Positions 11,284 to 25,478 of a stretch of DNA of 64,000 nt are shown here, one piece after another. The position numbers and the translations under genes were made by a program. The notes beneath the pieces are model-generated. The model was not told where the DNA came from and ran no database searches. It saw only the letters and a program-made list of their open reading frames with translations. The number at the start of each line of letters is the position of its first letter. Position 1 is the first letter of the stretch. This DNA is from Asterias rubens (taxonomy: Eukaryota): positions 19,406,001-19,470,000 of the forward strand of contig NC_047070.1 of the NCBI RefSeq assembly GCF_902459465.1. Direction: 5' to 3'.

Positions 11284-11876
11284 GTCAATATTTTGCTGCA
11301 ACAATGCTGCTGGTATCCTTGTCGTTGGTTCTTAATGTCATAGTTGTGGCCATCTTTACCCACGCACTTACCGGGCAGCCAGTTCCAAGATACATTCGTA
11401 CTATTGTCCTTGGTGTTTTTGCTCCAATTGTTCGCATCTCTTCGGAAGAAATCCGTGATATTCGTCGAAAAACCTTTAAGCAAAAGAGTCACAATCATAA
11501 AGTTCTGACGAAGTCCGGAGGTGGAACCAAGTTTACTACCGTCCCGAGCAAGGAACATTCAAAAACACATGGAGTCAATTTCTACATGGATTACGTACCC
11601 AACTCGCATCATAGCAACGACAGTGACAACTCCAAGAGACACGGGGAACAGTTCGAAGCTCTCACGCGAGAATTGAAGAAAATGAACGAGACCTTGGCCC
11701 ATATGAAACAGGGTGAGAAACAACTGACACCCGAGCAGAAACGAAACTACAGAGAATGGGTTTTAGTCTCACGTGTTCTTGATAGAACCTTTCTTGTTCT
11801 TTACTTACTTGGCAATATTTTATCTGTTGTTTTGCTAGTGTTACCTGTCATGATACGAATGCAATCAGCCTCGTGA
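11284..11876 (+). CDS. Gene A last exon (M3, intracellular loop, M4, stop)
   Basis: Acceptor ttgtcag. Encodes GQYFAATMLLVSLSLVLNVIVV (M3) and EWVLVSRVLDRTFLVLYLLG (MA/M4), ending in TGA. Matches ORF 11259-11876. Confidence 0.96.
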
Positions 11877-14800
11877 GCTAGGTCAACAAGTTGTTTTTGT
11901 AATTTTTTTGTGTGTTTTTTCAAAATTATTTTGATAATATATTGGCTCTGAAATGAAATAGTAGAAACAAAACTGTAATGAAATATTCACTTGAAGTTTG
12001 TGAATACAAAAGGCTGTCATCCTACAAACATTAAACAAACAAAATTACATTTTATAAAGGAATCTTAATTATTTCGTTTAAATAGTGTTGTTTCTTGCAT
12101 CATGACATAGGTTTCCAGTAGTTGGTTTTAACGAAAACTATATTGGACTAGAGTTGTAGGAATGGAAACTGAAAAACAGTTATTTATTATGATATAACCA
12201 TGAGTTCTTCCGTAAGTGTTGAAGTGGTAAAGTATAATGTCAGTACCAATACGAATAAAGCACTAGATAGATTTCTGTAACACACGGTAGTTTCATTGTC
12301 AAAGGTGTCTTTTTGCAGGTTCTGTATAGCGCCCTCTCATGATCATACTAGTTGTATTTTGAAAATGGTTTCATTTCTAAATAGAGCCGATGAAAAATAT
12401 TTAAAATGTTGATTAAAACAAGAATGTGTGCAAAACGTGTTTGGTGAATCGTTGAATCCAAAAGTCAAACCATGTAATTATTAGTTATGATCTTGTGAAA
12501 AGTTGCATTTCAACAATTTTAAGTTTGCATGATTTAATAAACACGTTTCCGATGACTATATCAATATACCAGATTCGTCTTTTATTCGAATGCCTCTTTT
12601 TAGATTGATATTTTAAGCTGCTTTATTCAATATTGCACCCTTTATCATTATGTAATAAAGTTGAAAGTTTTAAAAGCAATGAGTAAGAGTTGAAAGTATC
12701 ATTAAATCGAACAAACAGTTTGCTGAGCAAACTGGCCAGCCCACTGCCTTGGTGGATAATGACATGACACGGTAGTCTTGAACTGTGAGATTCGTGTTTT
12801 GTATCTAAATATGAAACATAAAACTATGTTTAAATACATAAGTGATTCACCCTAAATTTGGCAAAGCTTCCTCCATTGATGTACTTGTTTAATATCAATA
12901 AAAAATAGTCTTCAAACATTGACAAAGTTGTCGCAAAACTAATATGATTTCGTCGTGGTGTAAAACCGTTGTGCATCAAGTATTACATTATAACATCTAT
13001 AGGTTGGACATAGACCAACATAATGATATCATCAGCTAATTGTGGTAGAAAAATGTCCAACTTGCCCTCTTTCTTGCCCTCAACGTGCATTTATCTTTCC
13101 AGATTATTGTATGGGTAGAATGTCTCCCTCATGTACTCTCACAACACCACTTTGTTATTCATTTATTCATTGTGACGTTTATTCAAATGCTCTTTTTGGA
13201 AAAATAACTCAATATGAGGATTTATCAGTACATAGGACGCGCATAAAGTAAACAAAATTAATAGAGTTGTAATAGGGAATAATAAATAAATAACTGGGAA
13301 TGAACTATGTATAGGAGAGTTGCGAGAGCATGAGGCTGCTTTGACCGATGACACAGAGGTACACTCAGTCAAGTTTGCCAGCAGGTTTCTGGTTAAAGTT
13401 CTTGTGTTTGGCGATCTGTGGCTGGGCAATGGGTTATGATAGTTGAATTGCAAACCCATTTCACAATAGTACCCATCCACAGGCATTCAACATAATTTGG
13501 TCATCTTCGCCAGGTTTCTTCGACAGAATTGAGCTAAACGGGATCAAGACCCCCCCCCCCGATCTAGAACCAGTGTAGCTTAGTTTATTGTAATGGATAA
13601 GCAGTTTACGTAACACACTAAGACACAATGAAACTTTACCCCAAAGTAAAAATAAATCAGGATAGTTTTATTCATTAATGACAGCATTGTATTCGGTAAA
13701 TGTGAACCCTTCTTTTTGATGTTTTGACACACTAGCAAAGTTGTCTGATTGGCTATTGTACAAACAGAAGAACACAAGTCATAGTATTTCTCATTGACAC
13801 TGAAGATACTACTTTAAATATTATTCCTAATGATCCAGTACAATAATTGAACACTTGGCGATTTGTTTGTTGGGTGTACTCTTAGATTAATAGAAAGGGT
13901 TTTAACGCATGAAGTAGTATAGATATACTAGAGCATTACCCAATAGGAATCCCTCAAAATGGAAGTTATGTTGTAAAATTAAAAACGATATAATTTCAGT
14001 ACTCATAAACATTAGTAATAATTAAGACAATAAATAGTATTCACGTAGGCTACTAAATTAATTTTTTTTTGTTTTTAATTGAAGCTCAAATTTATCAAAA
14101 CAATGTTATTTCCAAACAATATCGTTGTCATTTTCTGTGAGAATATCAACATAACAAATAAATCGTGGCAATATTTAGTGTCATAATAAGTATCCTTGTA
14201 AAGACACTTGACCATTCTTTTGACAAAAAAATATAACATTGTTTGAAAATTATATATAAAAGGGGACAATGATAACTTATTGGTATTTTTCTTGATGCCA
14301 GCGCTTTTGTGTTTCGCATACTGAAAATATTCTTTTCGCCTACATTCAAATGAAAACAATACTGGTTAAAACCTAACGAGTATTCCAGGTATAAGCTTAA
14401 AGGTTTTGCTTCAAGTTCTTCATTTCTTACTACTCCAGATTGGCAGATTATATAAAATAAAAACAAATAAAAAACAGAAGGTTATTATTATAAAACAGTT
14501 TATAAAATGGAACAAAGTTAATACCTTTGGAGAGTTTCGACCCCTATACCCTCTTTATAATTGCTATTGGCGCTTGTGAAACTATGACAGTATGCATGAG
14601 ATATATATTTTTTCTTTTAAATAAACTAATTGTATTGGACTTCAGTCTTTATTCGTTAATTAATCTACAAAACAAAACGACAACATTTATATAATGATTG
14701 ATTATACATATCTTTGTTAAGGAAATCCGGGATGTGTTTGGCCAGAACACAACTGAACAAAGTAAGGGCGTTAAGAATTGTGCTTTTGTGACACCATGAC

Positions 14801-15454
14801 ATATTTACTGATTATCCAAGCTTGTTGAATTTAAGCAAATTGTTTATTTGGCAAATAAATTGTGTCGAACCGTTTCAAACAATGATAATAAATCAAATGG
14901 TTTGAGTATGTATTTTTTTCAAAATACTGTAAGGAACATCGACCCATAGATTGATGAATTAAACATGGGGAAATAATTCTGCCCTAGAATTTTAAAGGTC
15001 ATGTTAAAATCTCACCCTAGTAATATGCCTGTGATTTGTTTTACACATATCTGGGGAAAGTACATAGTAAACCAATGCTATCGCTTGAAGGGTAAAGCCT
15101 AATTAATATTCTTTATTCCCGCTGCAAATTCAACAATATTGAAATAATCAAAATAGAATCAACAGAAATTAATAGTCAATGCGCAATACTGTAATTATTA
15201 CAATGTCAATATATCAGTGTCTCATGTCCATCAATCATAACTAGCACAAGTATATAATACTTATCCATATTTAACATTATTAGGGTGATTGAAAAACCTG
15301 TCGCCATAAAGGCCCCCACTAGCTCTATTCAACACTTATCTTCTACCTTATTGGATGAATAGTCACATGAACTGTCATAATCATATCTCACATGTTACCA
15401 CAAGCCTTGTTGAAATCACATGATGATCATAGTCCTCTACACAGAAAGAACTTA

Positions 15455-15950
15455 TCATCATCACCACAAAATCATGATTGCCACCACTACACCGCCACTA
15501 CCACTACCACCAAGTCCAACCAATAGCACCAGCCGACCAGCGACAGCACTAGTACCACTCCCGCCAAAAACAAACACCATCAACCGAACACCACTTCTAC
15601 ACAACCACCACCACCACTAAAATCATCATCACTTCACCCATATCACCACTATCACCACCACCAGCACCAACACCCTCATAACCCCTACCACCCACCATCA
15701 TCACCACTACCATCACCATCGCTACCACCACCACCAATACTACCAACATCACAACCACCGCTGTGTCATCACCATCGTCACCCCCTTCACCACAACCACC
15801 GCCATCACCATCAACAAACTCCCCAGCAGCAACACTACCACACCATTATCACCCAACCCCTATCCCATCACTTACAACAAGTTTCCATCATCTTAATATT
15901 ATCCACACAATCTCAGCAAGTATATCATCACATTATTATTTATTCATCTT
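15455..15950. repeat. (CAC/CAT/CAA)-rich low-complexity trinucleotide region between the two 3' ends
   Basis: Degenerate CACCAC/CATCAC runs; source of the Pro/His/Thr-rich pseudo-ORFs. Confidence 0.85.
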
Positions 15951-16018
15951 ACTATTCTGAAGTTTCATTACCATCATGGTCAGCCTTGCTGGCAATTTTA
16001 CAACATCAATATCCTTTA

Positions 16019-16326
16019 TTAAAGACCCTGGACACTATTGGTAATTGTCCAAGACCAGTCTTCTCACTTGGTGTATCTCAACATTATGCACAAAATAACA
16101 AACCTGCGAAAATTTGAACTCGATTGGTCATCGAAGTTGCGAGATAATAATGGAAGAAAAAAACACCCTTGCCAAACGAGTTGTGTGCGAAAAACTATGT
16201 TACTTCAGAGGGAGCCGTTTCTCAACATGTTTTCTACTATTAACAGCACGCCATTGATCGATAAAAAGTAAGTTGTTATGCTAACAATTATTTTAAGAAA
16301 AATACCAATAGTGTCCAGTGCCTTAA
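16019..16326 (-). mobile_element. MITE family 1 copy lacking the central hairpin
   Basis: TIRs ttaaagaccctggacactattggtaatt / ataccaatagtgtccagtgccttaa. gtgtgc joins directly to gaaaaactatgttac (about 80-85 bp missing). Confidence 0.88.
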
Positions 16327-17414
16327 AGGACCACTTCCTCCAAAAATAACAATTTTATGTTCGACATGGGGTATGGTGTACAACCATCCCCTCTCTTCAT
16401 CTATCAAGTAATATCTGCCCATTTTGCACATTATCAACTCATATTCCATACCAAACTCTTCTGTCTCAATGAGTAAGTTTGATTACATCCCAAGGTCACA
16501 AGTCATGTTCAGAATTTTATTGGAAAAAAAGGGATACACAATTATAGGAGCCCTTTCTAACCATTTCGACTCTTGCAAATGCTGTGTTAGCTTAAATGAC
16601 TGCGTGAAAGTAAGGATTACTCCGCGCTCAACATGGCAGAGGGCGCTCTTTCGTTCCAATTTAGTCAACCTTTCACTCTCTATGGATCTGGAAACGTGCC
16701 GCAAAACAAGTATGAAAGAACATACCATTCGGGATAATTTACGACGTGTTTTTCTGCTGGAACCATTCAAACGAGACAGACTGATCCACTTATTTAAAGT
16801 GTTATTATACATGCAATTAACTTCAACAAAGTCGTTCGTAGTGAAACAATCGTTATATTACTGATCAGGATAAGACAGTCCACCCTTGGTTCAATAAGTA
16901 TTGTACCCTTGGTTAGTTCATATTTTTTTCAAGAGTTACGTTTTGAATTGACCAACTTATTACATGTTCCACGTTTTGAAACTATTCAAACAAGTTTACT
17001 TTATGTATTCTTAGCTGAGATAATATCGAGGTTAAAAACAAACCCTAAACATAAGGATATAAAAGGATAGGTCCTGATGTGAGAGGAAGTAGAATTAGTA
17101 ATTAAAATCGAACACTTGCCAATTATTATTATTCGTAATGTTATAATATTCATACTATAAACAAATTACAATCAGTAAATGAAAGTTTCCTTAACAGACC
17201 TAAAAGTTACACCATCAAATGTTGCGCTCCATGTCAAAGCAAAGGCAGTTCGTGCCAAAACTCATTAATTTTGATTTCTTGCAAAGGCAGTCATCGGTGA
17301 GTGCACAAATATCGTGTGGGGCGCTGTTTTCGAACAAATGGCCATTTTGGTAAGCACTTCTCAACTTTGAATGCAAGAAACATCACATCATATTGAAATC
17401 AAGGCTGTGATGTT

Positions 17415-17533
17415 CCAAGGTCGGACCTCACAAAGAGATAAGATTGCGTCTTAACTCAGACTATTCCTATCTCTTAGCATTACCTATAGGACTAGTCATA
17501 AGTTAGGAAGAGTTTTGTGAAACCGACCCCAGG
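17415..17533. mobile_element. Short relative of the 1921-2170 element
   Basis: taagttaggaagagttttgtgaaaccgac is close to the reverse complement of gtcgatttcaccaaactcttcctaactta. Imperfect terminal inverted repeat. Confidence 0.6.
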
Positions 17534-19382
17534 TGACTGTTTTCGTCTTCATTTCACTTTCCCTTAAATCCATTCTTTAGTTGTGGGGCGTCACATTTGA
17601 TAAAACTAATTGCCAAATTAAATAAATAGACATAGAATCCAATACTTTATTTACAATGAGTTTGTTATTTATCTTTTGGCAAAACTTTCCCATTAATTGA
17701 AAGCCCATTAACAATTTGTTAGAACAGTCCATTCAACCTTTGATATATTTATAAAAACACCAATAAAAATTCACCCTTTAATAAGTAAGAAAGCTTGAAA
17801 TTAATAATACAACACGTCAAAGAGGGCGCCCTCGTTATACCAATGAAACACACCCATCACAACTTTCAAAATGATATAGTAATATTATTGTACGTTATTT
17901 ATTTATTTATACAAGCATAAAAGCACTGGACTCATCAAGGCGTCATAGAGCTGCAGCTTTTTAATTAAAATATGCAAAAGTTAACATAAATGGGCCAGCC
18001 CTGTAAAACACTATGCTCATGCAAAATAAGTAATCAAACGCTTTATTTTATCACAATCTTAAAAAGCAAATGAAACAAAGTAGTGGTAAGTTGAAACAAG
18101 TAAATAATCCCATAAATTCGTTGAGTTAATATTTGTATCCTAAACTAGTATAACGTATACTGGTTATAATACCTTTTATCTACTTTCGCGTTTATGCTTA
18201 TACTTCATGTCGCATAATCATCAAATAATGTGGAAGTTTTAATAACTTGTATACTTGATATCTGTTTGTGTCTGTGTTCGAAGTGAGGGAAGGGTTTTGG
18301 TGGGTTAGATTCAATCTAAATAACCCAAATAGCAGATGTATCATCGCTATGGCCACACCCTGTTTTCTGATTTGAGCGACGAGGTGTCTGTATAATATTG
18401 TTGCGGGAACATCATGTAGCGATAATGTCTAATAGCCGGTCATCATCGTTATGACAACACCCTGTTTGGTGATTTATGAGTCAAAGCATGAAATAAGAGC
18501 GACGATGTATCTGTTGTAGTACAGTTTGCGGTAATATGATGTAATCTGGTTTTGAAAAGAACCGTAGGTTTCAAACATAAGTCTTGTCTGTTCTTATTTC
18601 ACCACGTTTGCAAACCCTCAATAACGAAGTTTCGTATAATACTACCGTTCCGAGGAAAATAAACTGGTCTTTCTACCTACAGTCATGCTACTCATTTTAC
18701 ATAAACTTTAGGCTAAACTGTACTTCTACGCCCTTATAATTACTGGAACTGACGTTTTTTTACAACCGCAAATTTATTAATTTTTTGCTTATTTTTTTTA
18801 TTATACCTTTTTTAGAAAGAGGAAAAAGTCTTTGTACAATATACATGTGTTTTGAGTGTAGTGAACAATACATCATTGGGCATATTGCATGATCATCGCG
18901 TGTGCAGTTGGTTCCAGATGTGTTAATAAATCACTGTACGCTTAGTGCACAGTTTGAATTGAAAAGTCTTTAGACTTTTGTATTCTTTGTTTTAATGAAT
19001 AAATAGATATACAAAAACGCCACAACGAGTCAAAATAGTTGCTTTTATAAAAAGCCGAATAATGACGCGAAACTATTTACCAATATCCTTAAAATCGAAA
19101 TGACAGGATCTTCAATAATCCATCTATCCGTGTCGTATTCGTGACGTATCCATAATTGTCTTTCTGCCGTGCCAGGAAAACTGTAGAAGTGCAGTAGTTT
19201 TTACTCCCCAGAAATCGAAATCTAAACGATAATTCTTCTGTCATAAATAAGAAAGTTGTCTTGAAAAGTTCGAAGTTTGAACTGACTGTATAGCATTTTA
19301 TACGTGTAGCTATCTGTACGTCACCGGAGCCCGTATTGAAAGTATTGGTCACTTTGACGTGAAGTCCATGATAATCAAAATG

Positions 19383-19942
19383 TTAGACCTGCACAAAAAA
19401 CACGAGGAAGGTTGTGGCTGATCCAATCAAGCACATAAGAAAGAAGAACCTGTCCAAGACAATGGCGACCCTCTTCCACTCTGTCTGCACCCGTCTCGAA
19501 TTCACCTCCACCTCGATGCTGAATGTAATCTTTTGCATCTCCCGTAGCAACGCAAGATAGAGGGCGCGATTCCTATGCAGAGAGTCCTTGTTATCACCTG
19601 AATCATTTTGTCTGTTTTGTTCCGATTCGTCGCCTTTGTTTTCCACGTTACATCCATTCGATACCACTCTTGATCTGGAAGAGTTACCGGTCACCTCAGC
19701 CATTAGGCTCTTTGTCTCCCATGATTTGAGCTCCTGTGCGAGCCTGTCTCCGATGGTTGGACGTCGTTTGGAGCGACTGCTCTCTGATGGTAGCAGTACA
19801 CGACCGATACCATTCAGTATGTACTTCTTGATCCATGGTGGAACAGGTTTGCAGTCAGGGCCTCGGTGGTGCATATTGAGGACTGTTACAGACATCCCGA
19901 TTGAGATTGAGATCAGCACCATCGTGCAGGCAAAGTACTGAC
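19383..19942 (-). CDS. Gene B exon 8 (M3, intracellular loop, M4, stop)
   Basis: Acceptor ttttcag. Encodes GQYFACTMVLISISIGMSVTVLNMHHRGP...EWKRVAIVLDRFFF, ending in TAA. Confidence 0.97.
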
Positions 19943-20261
19943 CTGAAAAAAGCAACACCAAGAAAATACTTGACTTGTATGTTCGTCAGTTACGTTTGAA
20001 GCTTTGCATGGTGTGAAGTGTAGGAACAAGTTAAGTATACATATTAGTTAACTTGCGAGTACGACCATGAAATAAATCTCCTTTCAAGGAAGTGTTGACT
20101 TTGAAAAGAGCCGGTTTGGTGTCGTATAGTATACTCCGCTCGTCTTAAGGAGAAAGCTTGTTCGTCATAGAACGACACTTTTCATGCTTCAAGTTTTACC
20201 ATCATTTTCCTTTAATGTGAACGAGAGAGAACAATGATATGATGTTGATACACAATCTCAC

Positions 20262-20469
20262 CTATAACGGGAACTGTACTCGTGGGTGGCATAGTCTCCG
20301 CCACCAGCAGCAGGAAGACGGTGAGTGACAGTAACACCGTTACACCAAGACTAACTTTCTCTCCAGACTCTGGAGGTAGGAAGAACGTCAACAGCGACAC
20401 CAACGACAAGAACATGCAAGGGATCAGCAGATTGAAGAGATAGTAGAGTGGGCGCCTCTGAAATAAAAC
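20262..20469 (-). CDS. Gene B exon 7 (M1, M2, linker)
   Basis: Acceptor cttgtag, donor gtgaga. Encodes [18 protein letters not shown]...[40 protein letters not shown]. Confidence 0.97.
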
Positions 20470-22187
20470 CTACAAGAAATAAACATGGTTAGTAAAAGTC
20501 TAGCGAAGTCTCGTGCGATATACGGGACCTTGGATGACCTGGTATTGACTATTTGTAATGATGTGGAGGAAACAATGTGCTGTGCGAGATTTGTACATCA
20601 TTACTATTATCAGACTTTCCAAGTAGTTCTCTTTTGTGAAATAAAGTAATTTGTCCGAAAAAGTCAATACCTACAAAACATTAATAGTAATACATATCTT
20701 TGTAAATGATCGTGTCGTTTCCATAATTATACAAGCACTGTCATTTCTTCTACATAACGACACAATACTCTGCCCATACATTCATTTTGTTTCCCATTTG
20801 ATGCAGATGCAAACAAGAACCGACATTCTTAACATCATCATGTCCGCTGGCTTAAACTTTAGACTGATTAAACAGTTCATTTCATTGGTGTCACTTATTG
20901 TTTGTCATGGCTTACAAATGTCAAAAGGTATCCGGCAAGCCTGTTGGTCTATACTGCTGGTGTCTTTGGGGAGTTATTGCCCCGGAGAACCCAAAAGAAA
21001 ACGTGATTGTCCGTATCAACTTGGACGCATTGCTTCTTCAACATAAAAACGATCAGTGAATTATCTTTCTATTTCAATCCTTTGGGAGTGGTTATCATTA
21101 CATCCAAAGCAAGGACGTATACCATAAGACATACCCCAGGCTATGGAAACAAACAGCAGCGTTTAAAAGTTAAATTTAACTTGAGGACAGAAACTGAGTA
21201 TCAGGTAGTCCGCTGTGTATGAGCGATTTTATTTGAAAGACTTGATTTCATTTGGAAGACTTGAAGCAGGAGGTCTGAACCCATTGTGCCTTTAGTGGTA
21301 AACGTGACTTGTATCCGATCATACAAAACCTACTATGGAAGTCTGCATCACGTAGGGCATATACAGTGTAATTATTAGTCATCTCTCTTGTATTTTTAAT
21401 GGCCATTTCTTCTTCCTTCACCTGAAGTCAACTGACAAATTCATAATTGGCTTTTGACTTAATACCAAATAGAAATTAAGTAGCGGTGCACAGAATTAAA
21501 GAATGGCGATAAGCGTGAGTTTGTTTTCTCTATACAGATCTCCGGGTAGTTAGTATTCACTGTGACCCAGCTGTTCGTGTTTTGCTATTCCCTAAACACA
21601 TCTAATATATCGTCATAATGCAAATCTACCTGTCGTTGGGTCCTTAAATGTATTGGAGGCATTTTTAAATAGAGGTAACTGTTGGCCCGTTTAGCCTAAA
21701 TAATTCAGAGCGTCTCGGAACGACTTATTTACACTTAGTTTGACTTAGTTAAACGAGCTGCATTACCTTACGCTTGAATTCAACTACACATGCATAGACC
21801 ATTTAGACTAATAAAGAACAAACTAGGTCCCACCTTCGGCGGTTTTTGCTGAGCGAATGTTGAGGGAGCTACAATTGTGATCCTGGAAGGTTGTAATTTC
21901 ACACTTGATATACTCTCGCTATAAACCTATCAACTTGGTTTTTGAGCTGGGTTGCCGATGGCGTTCGAATAGTAAACAAACAACTCTGATTGGCATATAT
22001 TTTTAATTTTCACACACACCAACACACACCATAATCAATATAAGGCAAAAATTGCTAAAATCATGGTCAATCTGCTTTTAGGACACTAACCCGATTCGAC
22101 AAACTTAAAATAGAACCAGAATGTTGAAGATTCATCGTGACTTTAACTCGTAACAAGTTGATACCCAACCTTAGTCAGTGTACCCAC

Positions 22188-22309
22188 CTCGTACACAACG
22201 TCAGTGTATTGTTTACCAGGGTCGTCTGGGTACTCCATTTTGTTACTGTGCACTGTGACCTCGATCATATCCCACTGGCCATCGCTATTGAAAACAGTTT
22301 CATCGCCTC
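22188..22309 (-). CDS. Gene B exon 6 (loop F/C), GDETVFNSDGQWDMIEVTVHSNKMEYPDDPGKQYTDVVYE
   Basis: Acceptor ttatcag, donor gtgggt. Phases 1 and 0 fit the flanking exons; homologous to gene A SNGEWD...YPDDPG. Absent from the ORF track. Confidence 0.94.
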
Positions 22310-25300
22310 CTGATAAACAATGGTAAAAATAGTAGACATTTTAAAGTTAGCATCTGTACACGTGACTTTCATGATAACTTCAACAATCTTGTCTTTTATG
22401 TTAGAGTTTTAATGTTTTAGTTTTTAAATGGGTTATATTATAAAAGGTTGTTAGCTTCCGAAGCCGTCTTTCCATTCAAATTCTATCATCCGTAAGTCAT
22501 GCCCCCATCGTTTTCTCTGTAATACAAAACGTGTTCAATGCATCAACTGATGGTTATCTGTAAAATGGCAATACAAAAACTGTTGATCATGTTGAAACCG
22601 AATAAATTTTCGAAATGAAAGTTTTTTTGTTTTTTTTAACGTTTAATTTATATTAAAACAATTGTGGTTTAACTGAGATTAAAGGTAAGGGTGCCATGCC
22701 ATGCCTGGGTTAGGGTTTATTTTGATTTACTATTGGAAAGGGGTTATGCTGAAAAGCGACACATTGTGAAGAAATAAAGCCACTCTTTTGGGGGAAGGGT
22801 ACATTCTCAAAGCTATGAGGTTTACATGCATTTATCCTAAGTATTAGGCAGACTTCATTGCAGTACCTACGACTAGTGTAACAATAACCAAATCGTTCTA
22901 AATACAATGTAGCATCTACGAGTACAATTCTACTGATCAAATATTGAAGGTTTTTGTTTCGTCAAGGAATTTGTCGAGCTGCGTGATAGAGTTTGGCTGC
23001 CAACGAAAATAAAAGAAATAAATTACAATATGCTTTTTAATTTCTTTCTTAAGAATATATTATAATCACTAATGTCTCACATGGGAGCAAATAGTGTGAA
23101 TCAAGGAGAGACAGTCACCTATGGGAAACGTGTACTTCATTTTGAACACGAGCTGTTCAGAGATGAATCTACAAGAATGTCTAAGATTCCACTAATAAAT
23201 ACCACAATGATCAGTTTGTACTTGTTTATGCCTCTGAAGAAGGTCCGGTTTAGAATATAAACAAATACATAATTGAAAATATTGGCACAAATACGGAGAA
23301 TTGGATCACACACATTGTAAATAAGAGATTAATCCGATGGTGTGACGTCACACACCGATTTTCATTATACATAGTTTACTAATTGAAAGTCTTAAATTGA
23401 ATCAAGAAACATGAAAAGGTGAACCTCATCTTAAATATATAAGAGTATACATGGAATTGTTATAAATGAAAGCTGCAGCTGATAATATGAAATCATGACT
23501 TGATCATCAGATTGATAGCTGAACGCAATGTGGATTCTAAGAGTGATGGGTAATCAAACATTTTACACTTCAAACAACTGCAAATACTACGCACTGTATG
23601 AGGGTGCATTCAGACACGGTACTAAAGTTGGTTTAACTCATGGTTCAACTCGATTGAGTTCATAAAACGAGAACAAATGTTACACCCCGCATCCAACAAT
23701 AAATACAGCAATTTTTTTACTATATATTTAACAAAACTAGCGTTGTGTGAAACTGATTGTTTTTATATTTAAAGGAAAAAATGTCATATAAGATTTGTGC
23801 TTGTATCTTAAAAATCCAATAAATTGGCATTTTGGAATTAATATGAATTTTGTTTCAATCTATGTCAGCAAGCATTGTATACTTCAACAACATGAAAACC
23901 AAAAAACCCAAAACGTTTCTCTCTTAATTCAATTGTATTCATGAATGTGACAAATGTTAAGCAAAATCAGCCAAACACTTGTCACTGAATGCTAAGTTAT
24001 TGTGTTATTAACATAAATTTCAATTGACAGAATATCCAGAGGAATGCCTTGCGGGGTATCCGTGTAAATGCGTGCTGACAACGTAAATTGAAACACTTTG
24101 CCCCTCAGAAAACAATTTTGTTTTCAAACGAGGGCGAAGCATAATGAAATTGTGTGTAACATGTAACTGAAATGATAACTAAAAACGCAACCCCCTCCCG
24201 AGCAAACACCTGTGGGCTTTTAATGAAGATTTCATATCTAACGATCGGGGGCTCCGGATTAACTAGTGTATCGAGTGAGACATAATAGAAAGCCAGACGT
24301 AATTCCAGGTTTATTTTGTGCACCATTTTGATAATCGCAGATTGCCTGAAGCTAATCTTTTGTGCTACAAGAACGATATGCTTAGGTAAATTGACATTCA
24401 ATTTTAACAACTGAGTTTCATTAGTATGGCATTGCCTAAAGGCATTGCGTTGAACTGGTACATCAATGAGTGTTTGCACAAAATAGTCACATGCCTTGTC
24501 ACTATTTCACTTCGGCTGAATTCACTCCCGATCTCGTTGGCTATTAAAATAGGTGTCTTTTCTTAAGAATTGTGAATTTAAACTTTCAATGCTGCAATAA
24601 CGCAGACTGAATTACAATAAAATTAAAACAAATTTATTTTGGATGACGGGTTGCTTGTTTTAAAATTTTATTCTTTGCTTACCGTTAGAGGTACCAAGTT
24701 AACATCACTGAATCCGGCTTATAAACGCATGTGTGTTTTTACCTTTTTGTTCAGATTTCATGGAAATACAATTCCCAACAATTATTTGATAGTAAGCTGT
24801 GCTTAATTGGAATATAGTGAGAGTATGAAACCTAGTCATTGAAACTATTTGATAACCAGCTGAGTCGAATCTGATACATATGGATGGTTTCAGGCAAAGA
24901 TTGGAATGGATGTTGATGAAGTAGGTCTAGGCATTCTTAGAATTGAGTAGGCTGATTCTAAGCTGTCAAGCTTCATTTCTACAAGCTGTGTGTTGTATCC
25001 TCTTTCATGGTCAGATGGATTAATACAACCCAGGCTTAGTTAACATTCCAAAACTCTAATTTTTTGCTTCATTGGGTTAAGAAAATAAAACAAATAATTA
25101 TTATCCCATATGCCTAAAAAATACCAGAACCAAAAGAAAAACAAAGTAAAAGAAATGAATGAATGCAAAACCATTACCAAGCAACTATTGAATTTAGTTG
25201 TTAGTTTTTATCAATCTGCATCAAACATTCGACTTAAGGAAACAACATGCTTCATTGTTAATACCATGGACACATTGCTTTAACATTGTTGAAATTTAAC

Positions 25301-25478
25301 CAACATGTAAAAGTCAAACCATTTATTTAATTAATGCAATAATCGCTAGTGAAGTTATTTGTCTCTATCAAATAACTGTTATATTATTTTGATTTGTTGA
25401 ATATATATATATTTTATTATTATGGTTAATATTATTATTTGTTTTCCCTTAGGGGACACGGTGTTTTCTATTCGTGGT

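Larger units (their letters stand above)
1142..11876 (+). other. Gene A span (5'-partial): nAChR-family Cys-loop receptor subunit with non-canonical loop C; 5 coding exons visible
   Basis: Exons of 45+110+203+327+593 = 1278 nt join in frame (phases 0/2/1/1) into 425 aa plus stop, covering loop D, loop A, Cys-loop, loop C and M1-M4. No signal-peptide or exon-2 sequence was recognised in 1-1141. Confidence 0.93.

Noticed and set aside
15420-15960. Pro/His/Thr-rich ORFs
   Set aside because: Products of CAC/CAT low-complexity sequence.
12254-18802. Polyadenylation signals (AATAAA at 12254 and 12536 on +; 18773 and 18797 on -)
   Set aside because: Plausible, but AATAAA is frequent in this AT-rich DNA and the used sites cannot be chosen without 3'-end data.
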